Source of the DNA: the human T2T-CHM13v2.0 reference genome, Homo sapiens
NCBI RefSeq assembly: GCF_009914755.1
Contig: NC_060938.1
Length of the DNA: 64,000 nucleotides
Reading direction: 5' to 3' (one strand)
How positions within the stretch are numbered: the stretch's first letter is position 1; every line of letters starts with the position of its first letter. This document shows, piece by piece, positions 62,456 to 64,000 of the stretch. The notes under the pieces are model-generated. The model did no database searches. It had not been told where the DNA came from and was given only the letters and a program-made list of their open reading frames with translations. The position numbers and the translations under genes are program-made.

Positions 62456-62961
62456 CTAATTCCTAAATTATTGCCCAGGTATAAAACACAATCAACACTA
62501 GAGAGTCAAAAGTACTGGCTAACAAGGACTGTCACCTTGAGAGAGACATTGAACATCTCTGAAGGGTTGGAGTTGGCTAATTAGTAAAGTCCATGGCCGA
62601 GCACAGAGGTATGAAAGTCATTTCTATCCATGAGAGAGAAGCATTAGCTTATGCTGTTTTGCTTTAAGATGCCTTGGTGAATTCCTGTTCAATGACAAGA
62701 ATTGAAATTACATGAGACTTTTAACTCCTAAACCAGCCCTCTGTATAGCAGTATTGGTAAAGTATGGCAAATAAGGTTGGTCATATTATGCCTCATGATG
62801 AATGGGAAACTTTATTACAATGAGTGAGGCCTGGAAGTGTGAGATGCTCAAGGTTCAATAGACAATGTGAGCCCTCAAAACACTCATTCCTAGTTGTTTG
62901 CAAATGTTATTTTAAAAATTAGAGAAATTCAAAAAGCACTGTTTTAAAAGAAGAAAAATAA

Positions 62962-63095
62962 TTAGAGTAAGACTCAATCTAGCTCCAGCTCTGTAAGAAA
63001 CTCAAACAGTGACCTTGTATGAATTATCTAAATCTCTGGGTCTTGATTTTCTTATTTTCAAAATGAAGGACTTGCGCTAGACAAACTCTGAAGTC
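62962..63095 (+). mobile_element. MIR3/MIRb fragment
   Basis: GTGACCTTGTATGAATTATCTAAATCTCTGGGTCTTGATTTTCTTATTTTCAAAATGAAGGACTTGCGCTAGA. Confidence 0.7.
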
Positions 63096-64000
63096 ATTAG
63101 GGAGAAGGCCTAGCTGCTGTTGTTTGGAAGATTTGTGTGTATCCTCAAAGAATGAAACATTTCCCATGTAAATTTAAGACAACTATTATTCAACATAACA
63201 GCTGAAGAACTGGTTCCAAATATTAAAACTCATCTATAATTGCAAAACATAAAAGTAATTTTAAAATAGAAAATAAAAAGAAACTTCAAGTGTTAAATGC
63301 CAAATTTCTTTTTTGATGTCACAAATTTTATTTTATTTTTTAACGAATGCATGTGAAATCAATGGAATTTATATAGGAATCCAAAGTAAATCAGAACTAG
63401 TTAATATTGAGGTTTGTAATCCAGGTAGAGTGGAATATCATTGCCCAGGGATATAGTTCCAAAAACTGTCTGATGGATACTAAATGCCTCAAATATTCTG
63501 GCTGGGATTTTCTTTCTGTGAATGTAGTTTGTCAAGAACTCTCTTCTATTGTCCCATTCCTCTCACGAAAAGTTCTTATAAAAAGCCTTAATTTAATATT
63601 CTTTCAACAATGTCTTGAGCTGTTTGGATAATAGGTGCTATATAAATCTAATAAACAAATGGTAAATGTTAGACAATATTAAATGGAGCACATTAAAACG
63701 AAGTTTCATTATGCTGTGTTTGGCTTCGGCAGTGTTCATAAACCATAGCTTGTTTAGATTAAATTCATTTCCAATATAACACCAGCTCACCACACATTTT
63801 GGAAATGATTTAAAAAATCCAAACTTAGCTTAGAATAATTACAATTTTCCTAAATGTTTTACTCTTAAGCTGCAGCTGAAGAAGTGTCACTTTTAATAAT
63901 CAAAAATCTTCTTTAAAAGAAAGTCTCATTTTATTTGTAATGTTTGTTAATAAATATTAGGTCATGGGGGTACCCACAATGAAATTTAAGTTACCCAAGT

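Noticed and set aside
63714-63745. GCTTCGGCAG resembling the U6 snRNA 5' end (weaker echo at ~54352)
   Set aside because: Only ~10 matching bases with no continuation; the second lies inside L3 sequence.

Overview
AT-rich, CpG-depleted primate (human-like) genomic DNA with no recognisable protein-coding gene, RNA gene or CpG-island promoter. Much of the window is interspersed repeats: about 12 Alu/FLAM/FRAM copies, L1 remnants of many ages on both strands, many MaLR LTRs (MLT1, MST, THE1), ERVL-type LTRs (LTR16, LTR33, MLT2), MIR, L2, CR1/L3 and DNA-transposon fossils (MER2, MER5, Charlie). Most ORFs in the supplied track fall in Alu, L1, THE1, CR1 or simple repeats; the rest are short and unrecognisable. 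L1s show no strand bias, which fits intergenic DNA or a weakly transcribed lncRNA region better than a highly expressed intron. I find no support for a new multi-gene system. The most interesting signals are: a two-LTR THE1 element whose LTRs carry different subfamily-type blocks; a long CR1/L3 fossil split by several younger elements; a twin-primed L1PA with a 5' inversion; a ~400-bp dispersed duplication of non-repeat DNA; several templated or fold-back insertions; a ~240-bp pure pyrimidine Alu tail with long GGAA runs; a candidate 24-nt microexon; and motif-dense candidate enhancers. Repeat subfamily names come from recalled consensus similarity and need RepeatMasker/Dfam confirmation. Boundaries of old repeats are approximate.
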